Assembly (NCBI GenBank): GCA_951406725.2
Contig: OX597817.1
Location: forward strand, 81,220,001-81,284,000
Length of the DNA stretch: 64,000 nucleotides
Direction of reading: 5' to 3'
DNA from: Octopus vulgaris
Taxonomy: Eukaryota
Shown here: one piece after another, positions 25,165-37,260 of the stretch
Numbering within the stretch: the first letter of the stretch is position 1
How the letters are laid out: every line of letters begins with the position of its first letter
Made by a program: the position numbers and the translations under genes
The notes under the pieces: model-generated
Told to the model about the DNA's origin: nothing
Seen by the model: only the letters and a program-made list of their open reading frames with translations
The model's database searches: none

Positions 25165-25595
25165 TCATACATCATCATCCATATCCCAAGAGTTAAGCCC
25201 ATTTCTCTGTAATAATTCAACGAGGTCCAAGTTGTCTTTAGAAGTGGTAGTGGTGGTGGTCGTGGTGGTGGTGGTAGTGGTGGTAGTGGTAGTGGTGATG
25301 GTGCTGTCGATGCTGCTCCCTAGCGTCGGTGCAGTGTTGCTCACACCGTCTGAAGACATACAAGCAGCCGTGCCAGTAGTCGGGAGGATTGTTGGAGGAA
25401 GATTCATCGCTTGAACCATATCCATATGATGTGCTCTCTTGATATGCGTTTTCAAATTTCCTTTTTGAATAAAAGCTAAATCACAGTATGTACATTTGTA
25501 CGGTTTCTCTCCGCTATGCTGCTTTAGATGAATTTGCAGAGCGTTCTTCTGGTTGAACGTCTTGTTACATTTACTGCAAATAAACGGTCGCTCTC
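25165..25595 (-). CDS. ZNF236: Zinc finger protein 236 orthologue, terminal coding exon (2 C2H2 fingers, polyT tail)
   Basis: tttccag|GA. Translates [56 protein letters not shown]...MDDDV*, resembling the last fingers of vertebrate ZNF236 as recalled. Confidence 0.9.
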
Positions 25596-25732
25596 CTGGA
25601 AAACAAAACAAAAAAAATTTCAATAACAAATTTAAAAAATAATAATTTCAGTACAAGATATTTTTTCTTAAATTTTGGGTAGCTTTTTCTTTATTATATT
25701 TTGTTGTTTTGCTCCATTTTGCATAATGCTAC

Positions 25733-26581
25733 TTTAACCCTTTACCATTCAGATTATCCTGTCAAACATAATGCTTATTTCCCTCTTTTGCTCTTTAAAT
25801 TCTTTCACTCATTTGACTGTGGCCATGCTGGAGCACTGCCTTTAGTCAAGCAAATCGACCCCAGGATTTATTCTTTGTAAGCCTAGTACTTATTCTATCG
25901 GTCTCTTTTGCCGAACCACTAAGCTACGGGGACGTAAACACACCAGCATCAGTTGTCATGCAATGTTGGGGGGGCAAACACAGACACACAAACATACACA
26001 CACACACACATCCGTGGAACAAGCTGCCAGACGAGATGGTGAAGATGCCGACGACCGCTTTGTTCAAAGCCTCCCTGGACCTCAAGTGGCCTGAACTCTT
26101 TACATGAACACCACCCTGTACTTAACTCCATGTCCCCCTACATGGCCTTGCTATTTGTTTTTGAGCCAAATTAACTAACTAACTAACTAACTAACTAACA
26201 CACACACACACATACATATATATGACAGGCTTCTTTTAGTTTCCGTCTACCAAATCCACTCACAAGGCTTTGGTCGACCTGAGGCTATAGTAGAAAACAC
26301 TTGTCCAAGGTACCACGCAGTGGAACTGAACCCGGAATCATGTGGTTGGTAAACAAGCTACTTACCACACAGCCACTCCTACACCTACTTATTCACATTG
26401 TTTTGAATAAATCATGCATTTGAATTAATCATGCATTATCTTTGAGATTTTGATGGTGTGTTTGTTCAGTTTTAGAATGACATTGTAGAGTAGGTGTAAG
26501 AGCCTGAATCTTGCTTGTTTGAACATAAAACAGCTGAAATATTTGAGCTGGATATAGCAGGTTTAAACACTAAATTGTTAA
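25733..26581. mobile_element. Nested cluster: piggyBac-like MITE > SINE A (-, ~25780-26385) > CR1 3' end (+, 26012-26200)
   Basis: The MITE halves match the intact copy at 33330-33552; the CR1 piece reads PWNKLPDEMVKMPTTALFKASLD and has a (CTAA)n tail. Confidence 0.75.
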
Positions 26582-27042
26582 AGATACTAATTTACAGTAA
26601 TGAGTAAGGCAGCGAGCAGGCAGAATCATTAGCATGACAAGCAAAATGCTTAGTGGCATTTCATCCGTCTTTACATTCTGAGAACAAATTCCACTGAGGT
26701 CGAATTTGCCTTTCATCCTTTTGGGATCGATAAAAGAAGTACCAGTTCAACACTGACGTTGATGCAATCAACTCATTCCTTTCCCCAAACTTGTGTCATT
26801 TAACTAATTAACATATTCAAATTGTACTTCTAAAGACATTTCTAAACCATATATACTTATTTCACTTTCTAAAAGAGTGATAAAAAAAATTGTTTTATTT
26901 AAAGAACAATAGGCATGAGGCCTAGTATTTAGGGTGTTGCATTCAATATCACAGGGTCATGGTTTCAATTCCTAGACAGAGTGGTGCATTGTGTTCTTAA
27001 GCAAAACATTCTATTTCATGTTGCAACAGTACATCATCATCT

Positions 27043-27076
<34 letters not shown>

Positions 27077-27626
27077 GAGCAGCAGTAGTAGTAGTGTTAA
27101 AAAAAAATAAACAATAAGGATTTTTTTATACATGGTGTGTGTGAGTGTATGTATGTATGTATGTATGTATGTATGTATTTGTGTCTGTGTTTGTCTCTTA
27201 CTATTACTTGGGGCTACATATAGTACGGAAGCATGTGTGTCTGTGGTTTGGCCAAAAGAGGCCAATAGAATAAGTACTAGGCTTGCAAAGAGTAAGTCTA
27301 GGGGTCGATTTGTTCAACTAAACACAGTGCTCCAGCATGGCCACAATCAAATGACTGAAACAAGTAGAAGAAATAAAAGAATAAAATATTTAGCTACGTC
27401 TAGAGTGTGTTAGCTGTTTTCTAGGTAAGTAGACTGAGCATGAGGGAAATATATTTCCTGGTGACACAGTGCTGTCCCAGTCTTGAGACACAAACTTCTG
27501 ACCCTTTTCAGACAGTAGAACAGCACCAAAAAAGACACAACAGCAATGCCAATAGTTCTATGAAGAGAAAGGAGAAGGAAAAAGAATAAAATAAGAGAGA
27601 AACAACGAATAATATATCTAAATTAC

Positions 27627-27801
27627 CTGTATGTATACGTATGTGACGTTCCAGCTGGCTGGGTTTCTGAAAAGCTTTCCCACAAGCTGAACAAGCATGA
27701 GGTGTTCGTTTCAGTTTCTTTTGATTCAGCAAGGAACTGTTGTGTACGTTGAGCAAGTGTTCTTTGAGATTGACCTGCAGCTTAAAATTCTTCTGACACA
27801 A
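27627..27801 (-). CDS. ZNF236: ZNF236 exon (C2H2 fingers)
   Basis: tttcag|TTG ... G|gtaatt. LCQKNFKLQVNLKEHLLNVH...HACSACGKAFQKPSQLERHIRIHTG. Confidence 0.9.
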
Positions 27802-28175
27802 CTGAAAACGTAAATTTGCATTGCTTTTAGTTTGTGGTGTTATTTGGGGTTTTTTTGTAAATTTGAATATTTAAAGAATAATGAAGTACTTGATTTACAA
27901 ACATATTTTGCTGCATACTGGGAGGATCCTTATGCCAATAATAAAGACATGCCCTGGTTGTTTTACACTCCTTCATTTTTGTTAGTCAATTGGTTAACCA
28001 TTTAACCAATTAACTAATTAATCAACTTACCAGGTTGATGACTGACCAAACAATTAATCAAACAATCAATTAATTGGCTAAAGGGCAGTTAACCAACTGA
28101 CTAATAAAATTAATGAAGTGAAATAGAAGTATGTATGTGCTTATTCTTAGCATAATTACCCTCCCAAGATACAAC

Positions 28176-28211
<36 letters not shown>

Positions 28212-28684
28212 ATATATATATATATATATATACACAACCCTTAATCCAGACACTTTTTTTTCTCCATTTTTTTCCTGTCTCCATCTGCTTTCTCTCTTCA
28301 TTCCTTTCAGAAGAAGAGCATAGGCTCAAAACATCAAAGACTTCTTCCATTTTCCCTATGCATCACACTAATACACCTTGTTTGTTGTTCCTTCACCTTT
28401 TGTTGTTCTTTCACCTGTCTATCTTATGTTTTTTTGCATAATTTTGAACCACACATACACACACACGTACGTATCTGTTCATTTCTGTATGCTTCCCATA
28501 ATACCAAAACCATAGCTTAATGCTTCAATAATCAGAGGCTGATTAACAAGTAAAGCCTTTGAAGATGGTGGCCCAACATGGCCAAAATCCAATGAATGAA
28601 ACCAGTAAAAGAATATCAAAAACAATTAAAAAAAAATATATGACCACAGGAAAAAAAAACAACAATTCACAAACATCAACTCAC

Positions 28685-28885
28685 ATGGCAGATATGGTTT
28701 TCTTTCTCTTTGCCCAATTCAACACAGGGATTTGGATCACATTCAATGTTATCAACACTGCTATTTTCCATCATCGCTGTTGCAGCATCATGCACTTCTT
28801 CTAAGTTGTCCGCATCAGTGCCAATAACATTTGAGCCATCATCCTGGTCATCTCCTCCAACTCCTCCAACGCCATCAACAGCAAT
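28685..28885 (-). CDS. ZNF236: ZNF236 exon (acidic spacer and start of a finger)
   Basis: ttcatag|ATT ... CAT|gtgagt, 201 nt, phase 0/0. IAVDGVGGVGGDDQDDGSNVIG...EKENHICH joins the next exon to give the finger HICHLC...HLLNVH. Confidence 0.85.
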
Positions 28886-29309
28886 CTATGAAAGATTCAA
28901 ATAACAAAATTAATATACAAAGTTATACACACACACACAAACTGACAAATGATTGCTAGATGTGAGGATGGAAATAAATTTAAAGATGAATGTCCAACAA
29001 ATATATCTCAACATATGATGTCTTTTACTGATGTTAAAATACATGAAAGGCAAACAAAATGCAAATTAGCTGAGAGAGAATCTAGACAACACCATCATCA
29101 TCATTTAATATTCTCTTTTCCATTGGACACATGTGTTGTATGGAATCTGTTGATGCAAATTTTTTACAGTTGGATGCCCTTCTAGTAACCGACCTGACCT
29201 ACTTTCAAGCAAGGTAATATTTTCATGGAAGATTGGAAACAAAATATTGTTTACAACTATTGCACAATATTAAGACAAGGAGACCCTAACACACACACAC
29301 ACACATACA

Positions 29310-29890
29310 CCATGCACATGCATGAAACATGGACTATGACTGCAGAAAACATGGGGAAGCTTGAGAGAAATGAAGTTAGTATGCTTTGCTAGATGTGCAA
29401 TGTCAGTGTGCATGTACAACAGAGTGTAAGTATCTTGAGAGAAAAATTGGGCATAAAAGGCATCAGATGTGGTGTGTGAGAGAGAAGACTGTGCTGACGT
29501 GGCCATGTGAAGCAAATGGATGAGGACAGCTATGTAAGGAAGTACTGATCTTTAATTGTGGAGGGAACTTGTGGAAGAAGTAGACCCAGGAAGACATGGG
29601 ACATGGTGGTGAAACTTGATCTTCAGATGTTGGGTCTCATGGAGATAATGACAAGTGATCAAGACTTTTGGCTATTTGCTGTGCTTGAGAAGAAATGTCA
29701 GGCTAAGTAAAATCATAGCCATTACCAGTGCCGGTAACATGTGAAAGCACCCAGTACAATCTGTGGAGAGGATGGCATTAGGAAGGGCATCTAGCCATAG
29801 AAACCAAGCCAAAACAGACTGGAGCCTGGTACAGCTCTCCAGCTTACCAGTTCCAGTCAAACCACGTAACCCTTGCCAGCATGGTAAATG
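29310..29890 (+). mobile_element. RTE-clade LINE 3' portion, degenerate
   Basis: Matches 53405-53800 (C-terminal GRPRKTW region) and the ggcattaggaagggcatc tail. Confidence 0.8.
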
Positions 29891-30542
29891 GATGTGTGTG
29901 TGTGTTAAACAGACACACACACACACATATGACATGCTTCTTTCAGTTTCTTTCTACCAAATCCTTTCACAAGGCTTTGGTCAGCCACGGGCTATAGAAG
30001 AAGACACTTATGCAAAGTGACATGTAGTGGGACTGATCCATATGTTGATATATACATACACACACACACGACATGCTTCTTTCAGTTTCTTTCAACCAGA
30101 GGGAGAAAAAAATAAAACTAAATACAGAAAGAACTAGGAAGAAATGATAAAACCAGATCTAACCCCATTCCCTAAAATTGCTGGCCTTGTGTCAAAATTT
30201 GAAACCATTATTATAGAAAAAAATTATCCGGGTTCTCAGTTACATGGATACTTTACATTATGTTACTTTGTAATTGTTTACTAAGTGGACTGATAGCCAA
30301 GTCCATAAGAGGTGCTTACTGTGATAGCTGCATGATTTTCTGAATCCATGTCTTATATTACTCTTAGCATGAAAATGCATGGCTTAGTGATTAGGAGTAT
30401 TTGGCTCACCATTGTAAGGTTGTGAATTCAATACTAAACAGCACATTGTACCCTTTCACATTGCTCCAGTTCACTCAGCTGGCAAAAATGAGTAGCACCT
30501 GTATTTCAAAGGCCAGCTTTGTCACATTCTGTGTCACATGGA

Positions 30543-30939
30543 ATCATCATCATCACCATTTAACCTCCGCTTTCCATGCTAGCATGGGTTGGACGATTTG
30601 ACTGAAGTCTGGCAAACCAGATGGCTGCACCAGGCTCCAGTCTGATCTGGCAGAGTTTCTACAGCTGGATGCCCTTCCTAACGCCAACCACTCTGAGAAT
30701 GTAGTGGGTGCTTTTACGTGCCACTGGCACAAGCGCCAGTCAAGGTAGTACTGGCAACAGCCACACTCAAATGGTGCTTTTTATGTGCCACCTGCACAGG
30801 AGCCAGTCCAGCAGCACTGGCAACGACCTTGCTTGAATGTTTTTTTCATGTACCACCAGCACAAGTGCCAGTAAGGCAATACAGGTAAAGATCATGCTCA
30901 AATGGTGCTTTTTACATGCCACCAGCATGGAAGCCAGTT
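30543..30939 (-). mobile_element. RTE 3'UTR fragment inserted in SINE D
   Basis: (cat)n tail, ggatgcccttcctaacgccaacc, and repeated gtgccac units. Confidence 0.8.
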
Positions 30940-31235
30940 TCCTAGAAAACTACATTAAGGGTACACTTGTCTGTGAAGTGCTCAGCAATTTGCACATTAA
31001 TTTCAAGAGTAGGCTGTTCCATTGATTGGATCAACTGGAATTCTTGTTGTCATATCCAATGCAGTGCCAGTAGAGACTATGTGTGTGTGTGTGTGTGTGA
31101 TCAATTATTTTATGATCCCTGGAGGAAAGTAAATTTTTCTCTAGCAAAATTTGAAAACAAAACAGAGAGATATGTTACTGCATTGACTGACTGAACACTT
31201 TAAGAGAGCATATATAAATAACTAAACCATTATAC

Positions 31236-32509
31236 CTGTGCATCTCCAGCTTCAGTCACAATGAAACCATGCTGAGTGCTTAATTCCACATCAGTTCCTC
31301 CATTCATCACAACAGCCGTCTGAGTAGTCTGCGCGGGAGCTGTCTCTGTAATTGCTTGGTTCTGAGTGACAGTGATAGCTGGCATTGGCTGCATGATGAT
31401 AGAGTCTTGCATATTGACTGGATGAATCTGAATAGTGTTTGGCAATATCTGTGGTGAGGTACCACTTGCTGTCGTCGTGACAACATTTGAAGTTAGATCT
31501 TGGTTAACAGAAGCCATGATGTTTTGTGTATTTGGTGTCTGTAGTTGTATCTGAGCTGGTGGACTACTGACAAAGTTTGGAGCCAAAGTTAAATTGAGGC
31601 TGCCTTGTTGCAGCTGTTGCAAGAGAGCATCATCAATATGGATAGTCTGAGACATCAAACTTGGATCGAGGCCCATAACCTGGATACTTTGTCCCAAGTT
31701 TCCAGACAATTGAAACTGGAAGCTTTCAAGACCTTGAAGAACGTGTGCTGCTAATGCAGTTTCAGAAAGTTGGTTGCCAGTAGTTTGTGTAGCTGGTGCT
31801 ACAGCTCCATTTCCTGTAGGAATAGTGATGTTGCTCACTAAATGCTCATTACCAGCAACAGCCAGAGACACTGGAAGCAAATTGGTCTGGTTCTGGAGGA
31901 GTAACTGATCCAAGTTAACAATTTGTTGTGAATTTTCATTCGTTGAAGACGTATTTGTATCGACCAGTCCTGTTTCTTTTGCTATGACTGAAACCACCTC
32001 ATGTTGTTGTTGTTGCTGTGGTTGTGGTGGTGGTGGTGGTGGTGGTGGTGGTGGTGGTTGTTGTTGTTGCTGTTGTTGCTGCTGTGATGGTGGTGGTGGG
32101 GGTAGTGATGGTGGTGGTGGCGGTGGTGGTGGCGGTGGTTGCTGCTGCTGCAGCTGTTGTTGTTGTTGTTGTTGTTGCTGCAGTTGTTGTTGCTGTTGCA
32201 CTTGTTGCTGCAGTTGTTCTTGTTGTTCTTGTTCTTGTAATTCCTGTTCACCTATCTGAGGTTGGACAACTGAAAGTGTTGCCAATTCTGAAGGAACATT
32301 TGTTTTGAAGTTAATTTTGCGCTTCTTGGGAGTGTCCGACTTCAGATGGGACGTCATGTGACTCTTACGGTGCCCAGATGTTCGGAATTGTTGATCACAA
32401 TATGGACATTTGAAAGGCTTAGCACCAGTATGTAAACGCATGTGGACTTTCAGACTGCCCTTTGTAGAAAATGGTGATACACAAATGTGGCACTTGAACT
32501 GCTTCTCTC
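31236..32509 (-). CDS. ZNF236: ZNF236 large exon (2 fingers, polyQ/polyP, Q/T-rich region)
   Basis: tttcag|GA ... CAG|gtataa. [55 protein letters not shown]...; ORF 31230..32579. Confidence 0.92.
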
Positions 32510-32636
32510 CTGAAATAAAACACACAAAAAAAAAGATTAAATTATTTAAATACAATACAGAGGAAAAGAACAGTAACAAATGAAAATTTATTCCTCACAC
32601 TCATGAAAGTATTTAAAATTAGATAAGATGATGATA

Positions 32637-32950
32637 CCTGTGCCGGTGGCACGGAAAAAGCACCATCCAAACGTGGTCAATGCCAGCGCCGCCTTGACTG
32701 GCTTCCGTGCCGGTGGCACGTAAAAAGCACCAACCGATTGTGGACGTTGCCAGCCTCCCCTGGCACGTAAAAAGCACCCACTACACTCTCAGAGTGGTTG
32801 GCGTTAGGAAGGGCATCCAGCTGTAGAAACTCTGCCAGATCAGACTGGAGCCTGGTGCAGCCTCCTGGCTTCCCAGACCCCGGTCGAACCGTCCAACCCA
32901 TGCTAGCATGGAAAACGGACGTTAAACGATGATGCTGATGGTGATGATGT
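32637..32950 (+). mobile_element. RTE 3'UTR fragment
   Basis: Three gtgccggtggcacg-type units, then gagtggttggcgttaggaagggcatccagc...(gat)n. Confidence 0.85.
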
Positions 32951-33139
32951 TGGAGAATAGTGAAGGGGTAAATATAAGGAAAGAACAACGGTTGAGGTGT
33001 CCTTAATAATGAATAGACAGAGGGAAGGTAGAGGAGAGTAGGTGGTGACTACAGATTGGAGAGGGATGAGGGGTGGATGTTATGGATAACAGACAAGGGT
33101 GGAATTATGATTGATGATACATATGAGATGGAATTTTCA

Positions 33140-33552
33140 GTTTAGCTCTTTAAACATTCAGATTACTTTGTCAAATGTAATGTTTATTTATTCGCATTTT
33201 TCAAAGTTAATTTTACATTATCTTAGTTTTGAGACTTCAAAGATGTGATTGCTTATTTTTAGAATGACATTGCAGGGTAGGTGTGAGAGGCTAGACCAGG
33301 CCAGTTTGAATATAAAATATATGGTCAGTTTAACCCTTTAGCATTCAGATTATTCTGTCAAATGCAATGCTTATATCTTAACATTATTTTGAATTATTCA
33401 TGTATTACCTTGTGGCTTTCAGTTTTCAATGATATGATTGTTTATGTTTAGAATGACAAATTTTGGGTAGATGTGAGGCTGGATCTGGCCAGTTTGAACA
33501 TAAGACAAAAATATTTGGACCAGATATCGCCAGTTTAAATGCAAAAGGGTTT
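33140..33552. mobile_element. Two adjacent piggyBac-like MITEs
   Basis: ttaaccctttagcattcagatt ... tttaaatgcaaaagggtt; the upstream unit is a diverged copy. Confidence 0.6.
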
Positions 33553-33603
33553 TTAAGAGCTAGAGAAGATTGGAAGGAAAGGAGTTAGTTTAGTAAAATT
33601 TAC

Positions 33604-33802
33604 CTGATCCATGTGTCTTCATGTGGCTATCCAAAGTTGACTTAACTGTAAATGACTTGGAACAAATGCTACAGGTGAATGGTTTCTCACCAGTATGAAT
33701 TCGCAAATGTCTTATCAAGTCACTTGGTTTCTTAAAGCTCTTTGGACATTTGTTGCACTCATGTCGATGTTTTGGAAGACTCTCCAATTCTATGTGCTTC
33801 TC
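33604..33802 (-). CDS. ZNF236: ZNF236 exon (2 fingers)
   Basis: ttacag|GAG ... G|gtaaat. [67 protein letters not shown]. Confidence 0.92.
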
Positions 33803-33936
33803 CTGTAATAACAAAAAAAAAAACCATTTCAGGAATTAGTTACAATACCTGCACCCACACCAATGCTTTTTACATGGCACCAGGTGCAAAAATACAATGG
33901 CTCAATAATGTAACGATGTATTGTAATGATGTATAC

Positions 33937-34112
33937 CTGAGTTTGTTTTATTTCACTAATTCGATCTTTCTCACCCGCAGACTCTAGGAGAATACGTTCT
34001 GACACAGTCATTTCCTCACAAACATCAGCCTTGGAAAGTTGTTCTTCAGTTATTTCAATAATAGGAAACTTGGTTTTTCTTACTCCATCTGAATATTCCC
34101 CTTCTTCATCAT
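33937..34112 (-). CDS. ZNF236: ZNF236 exon (spacer with SE.IL..SA.EKDRISE motif)
   Basis: tgtttag|AT ... CAG|gtatac. DDEEGEYSDG...TVSERILLESAGEKDRISEIKQTQ; EKDRISE is a ZNF236-family motif as recalled. Confidence 0.88.
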
Positions 34113-34689
34113 CTAAACAAAAAAAGAATTCAAGAAAAACAGAAAACATTAAATAAAACAGTGTAGAAATTTGCTTAACTGTTTACCTTACTTAATACTT
34201 TCTTTACCCATTGACCTACCTCTAAATGAAATATTCAATTTCAGGACACTGGCACGTGAGGTTATGAACTTTGCTTCCCAACCACATGGCTTGGGTTCAG
34301 TCCCACTGCATGGCACCTTGGCTAGTTTTAGAAGGGAAATTTTGAGACACAGGCATGACTGTGAGGTTATGAACTTTGCTTCCCAACCACATGGCTTTGG
34401 GTTCAATCCCACTGCATGGTACCTTGGGCAAGTTCTTCTACTATAGCCCCAGGCTAACAAAAGCTTTGTGAGTCAATTTGCTTGACAGAAACTGAAAGAA
34501 GCCTCTGTGTGTGTGTGTTACTGTCATCTTGTCTTGACATAATGTGAAAGCTGTAAGTAAGCATAACCATCAAAGAAGTGTTGTCCTTTGTTTTCAATCT
34601 TCTGTTGAAACATGTCTAGCCATGGGGAAATATTGGTTTTGAATTTTGGCGGGACAAGGCCAGTAATTTCAGGGTAAGGGGCTAAGTCC

Positions 34690-35265
34690 ATTTCATTGCC
34701 CCCAATGCTCAACTGGTACTTAATTTATCTATCCCAAAAGGATGCAAGACAAAGTCGGCCTCAGCAGTATTTGAACTCAACACGTAAAGATGGACGAACT
34801 GCCAATGAGCATTGTGTCCAGCATACCAACAATTCTGTCAGTTCTCTGCCTCACACCATGGGAAAATATTCTTTTCTACTCTAGGCACAAGACCCGAAAT
34901 TTGGGGGGAGGGGGCCAGACGATTAGATCGACCCCAGTACACAACTGGTACTTAATTTATCGACTCCAAAAGGATGAAATGTGAAGTCGACCTCGGTGGA
35001 ATTTGAATTCAGAACGTAGCAGCAGACGAAATACCTATTTCTTTACTACCCACAAGGGGCTAAATACAGAGGGGACAAACAAGGACAGACAAAGGGATTA
35101 AGTCGATTACATCGACCCCAGTGCGTAACTGGTACTTAGTTTATCGACCCCGAAAGGATGAAAGGCAAAGTCAACGTCGGCGGAATTTGAACTCAACGTA
35201 ACGGCAGACGAAATACCGCTAAGCATTTCACCTGGCACGCTAACATTTCTGCCAGCTTGCTACCT
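34690..35265 (-). mobile_element. Tandem Nin-SINE units
   Basis: aactggtacttaatttatc..ccc.aaaggatg occurs three times. Confidence 0.85.
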
Positions 35266-36143
35266 TCCATAGGAAAATATTACTTTGCTAATGACTACAA
35301 CTTCCTTAACTGTCTGTCTTAACTGTCCCTCCCAATACATAAGAATTCCTGCAGGCAGCAGGCAAAGAAGAGAAACCTAATGTGATGGCTACCAAACTTA
35401 TTTTGGCACAGAACTCATCATATATTTCTGAAAAAAAATCATGCAACCATCACCTATTATTATAACATGAGATGAATAATGACATTGTACGAAGATAAAT
35501 AAATGAAAAAAACATTGCAACAATTCCAAACCAAAGTACAAAATGGCAAACTGTAACTTCAAATGTCCACAATGCAAAATGAACTGTTTGTACCACAGAA
35601 AGTGTGCTATGGTAAAAAGAATAAATCCACAACAATGAGTCAATGTATATCTAACATCACCTGACAGAGTCCATAAACTGTACTCCCAGACGAATCAACA
35701 TAAGCTTAAATAATAAACGATGTGGGAGTGAAAAACGTCACATGACAGAATCATGTCCATTGATTGGATGACATTTAATAAACAATGTTTTGTGTCGAGA
35801 CAATTTGTGTTGTCTTACATATATTTAACAAACAATTTTCACATGGAAAACATCATTTAACATCCACTTTTCCATGCTCACAAGGGGTGGAAAATTTATG
35901 GCAGTATATAAAGGTGGCTAGGTGGAGAATTTTTCTAAGTCTTTCATTCTGTAGATTTATATATAATTGCTGTTTTTACAACAAGGTATCATTCCATTAT
36001 TTACATTATTTACATTTGACAGATATTTGTCCTCATCTTTTTTATTATTATTATTATTATTATTATCATTAGTATTATTATTATTATTAAACAACATGGA
36101 AAAATACCTTAGGAATGAGAACCTACGTTCAAAATTTCCCCAA

Positions 36144-36189
36144 GACACCTGATGAAGGCTGGAGAGTACATCAGCCAAAATGTTGTGTT
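36144..36189 (+). ncRNA. Decayed minimal type-I hammerhead ribozyme motif (Penelope pLTR-like)
   Basis: gacac-CTGATGA-a-ggctg..cagcc-(g>a)AAA-(c>t)gtt-gtgtt; stems I and II are intact. Confidence 0.55.
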
Positions 36190-36239
36190 ATCAACAAACA
36201 AGATGAGGACAAATAACCGTCAAATAACCGTCAAGTATA

Positions 36240-36730
36240 TGTCATTCCTTTAATATCTAAATATCACTCCTTTTACATTTAGATGTTGTTCTTTTTATGC
36301 CAAGAGTTATTTCTTTCACATCTAAATATCAATCCTTTCACATGTATATGTCATCATCATCACAAGATGTCAGTCCTTTCAAAAATAATATCGTTCTTTT
36401 CACATCGAGACATCATTCTTTATACAACTTGATGTCATTCTTTTACATCTTGTTTATCATTCCCTTACATCTTGATAACATTCCTTTCACAACTAAATGG
36501 CAGTCATTCTTTTCACGACTTCACAACCAGACATCCTTTCACTAACAGATATCACCCCTTTAAATTTTGATGTTATTCCTTTTACAAAAATTCCTTTCAT
36601 AACTAAGATGCCGCTCATTCATTTCACAGCTAGATGTTATTCCTTTCAGTACTAGATATCATTCCCTTACAGTTTGACATTTATTCAATCCTTTCACACC
36701 AAGGAATTAGTCATTCTTTCACAACAAGAT
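36240..36730. repeat. Highly degenerate ~22-bp minisatellite (tcattcctttcacatctagatg-like)
   Basis: About 20 recognisable units. Confidence 0.7.
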
Positions 36731-36754
36731 GTTGATGATTATGAACATACATAC

Positions 36755-37018
36755 CACTCTGAGCTTCTTTATGCATACGTAAGTGTTTCCGCCAAAGCAA
36801 GACTGTGCGGAACATTTCAGAACAATAGATGCATTTGTATGAGTTCACAGTATTATGTATCATCATATGCCGTGTGAGAGACCCATTAGTGGTGAAAGCC
36901 GCATGACATATTTGGCAATTGTAATCTTTGATACCAGTATGAGTCCTCAAGTGTGCTTTTAACACTCCCATTGAAACAAACATTCGATTACACTGTAGGC
37001 AACTGAAAGGTTTTTCTC
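36755..37018 (-). CDS. ZNF236: ZNF236 exon (3 fingers)
   Basis: gttgcag|GA ... G|gtatgt. GEKPFSCLQCNRMFVSMGVLKAHLRTHTGIKDYNCQICHAAFTTNGSLTRHMMIH...HKEAQS. Confidence 0.92.
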
Positions 37019-37029
37019 CTGCAACAAAA

Positions 37030-37260
37030 CGAAAAATATGATGAAAATAGCATTGGAAAAATATGATGAAAATAGCATTGGAAAAATATGATGAAAATAG
37101 CATTGGAAAATATGATGAAAATAGCATTGGAAAATATGATGAAAATAGCATCGGAAAATATGATGAAAATAGCATTGGAAAATATGATAAAAATAGCACT
37201 GGATAAATAAAAGGAAAATAGCATTGGAAAAATCTCAGGAAAATAGCAATGATGAAAATG
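37030..37260. repeat. 24-25-bp minisatellite (ggaaaatatgatgaaaatagcatt) abutting a ZNF236 acceptor
   Basis: About 7 near-perfect units plus degenerate ones. Confidence 0.95.
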
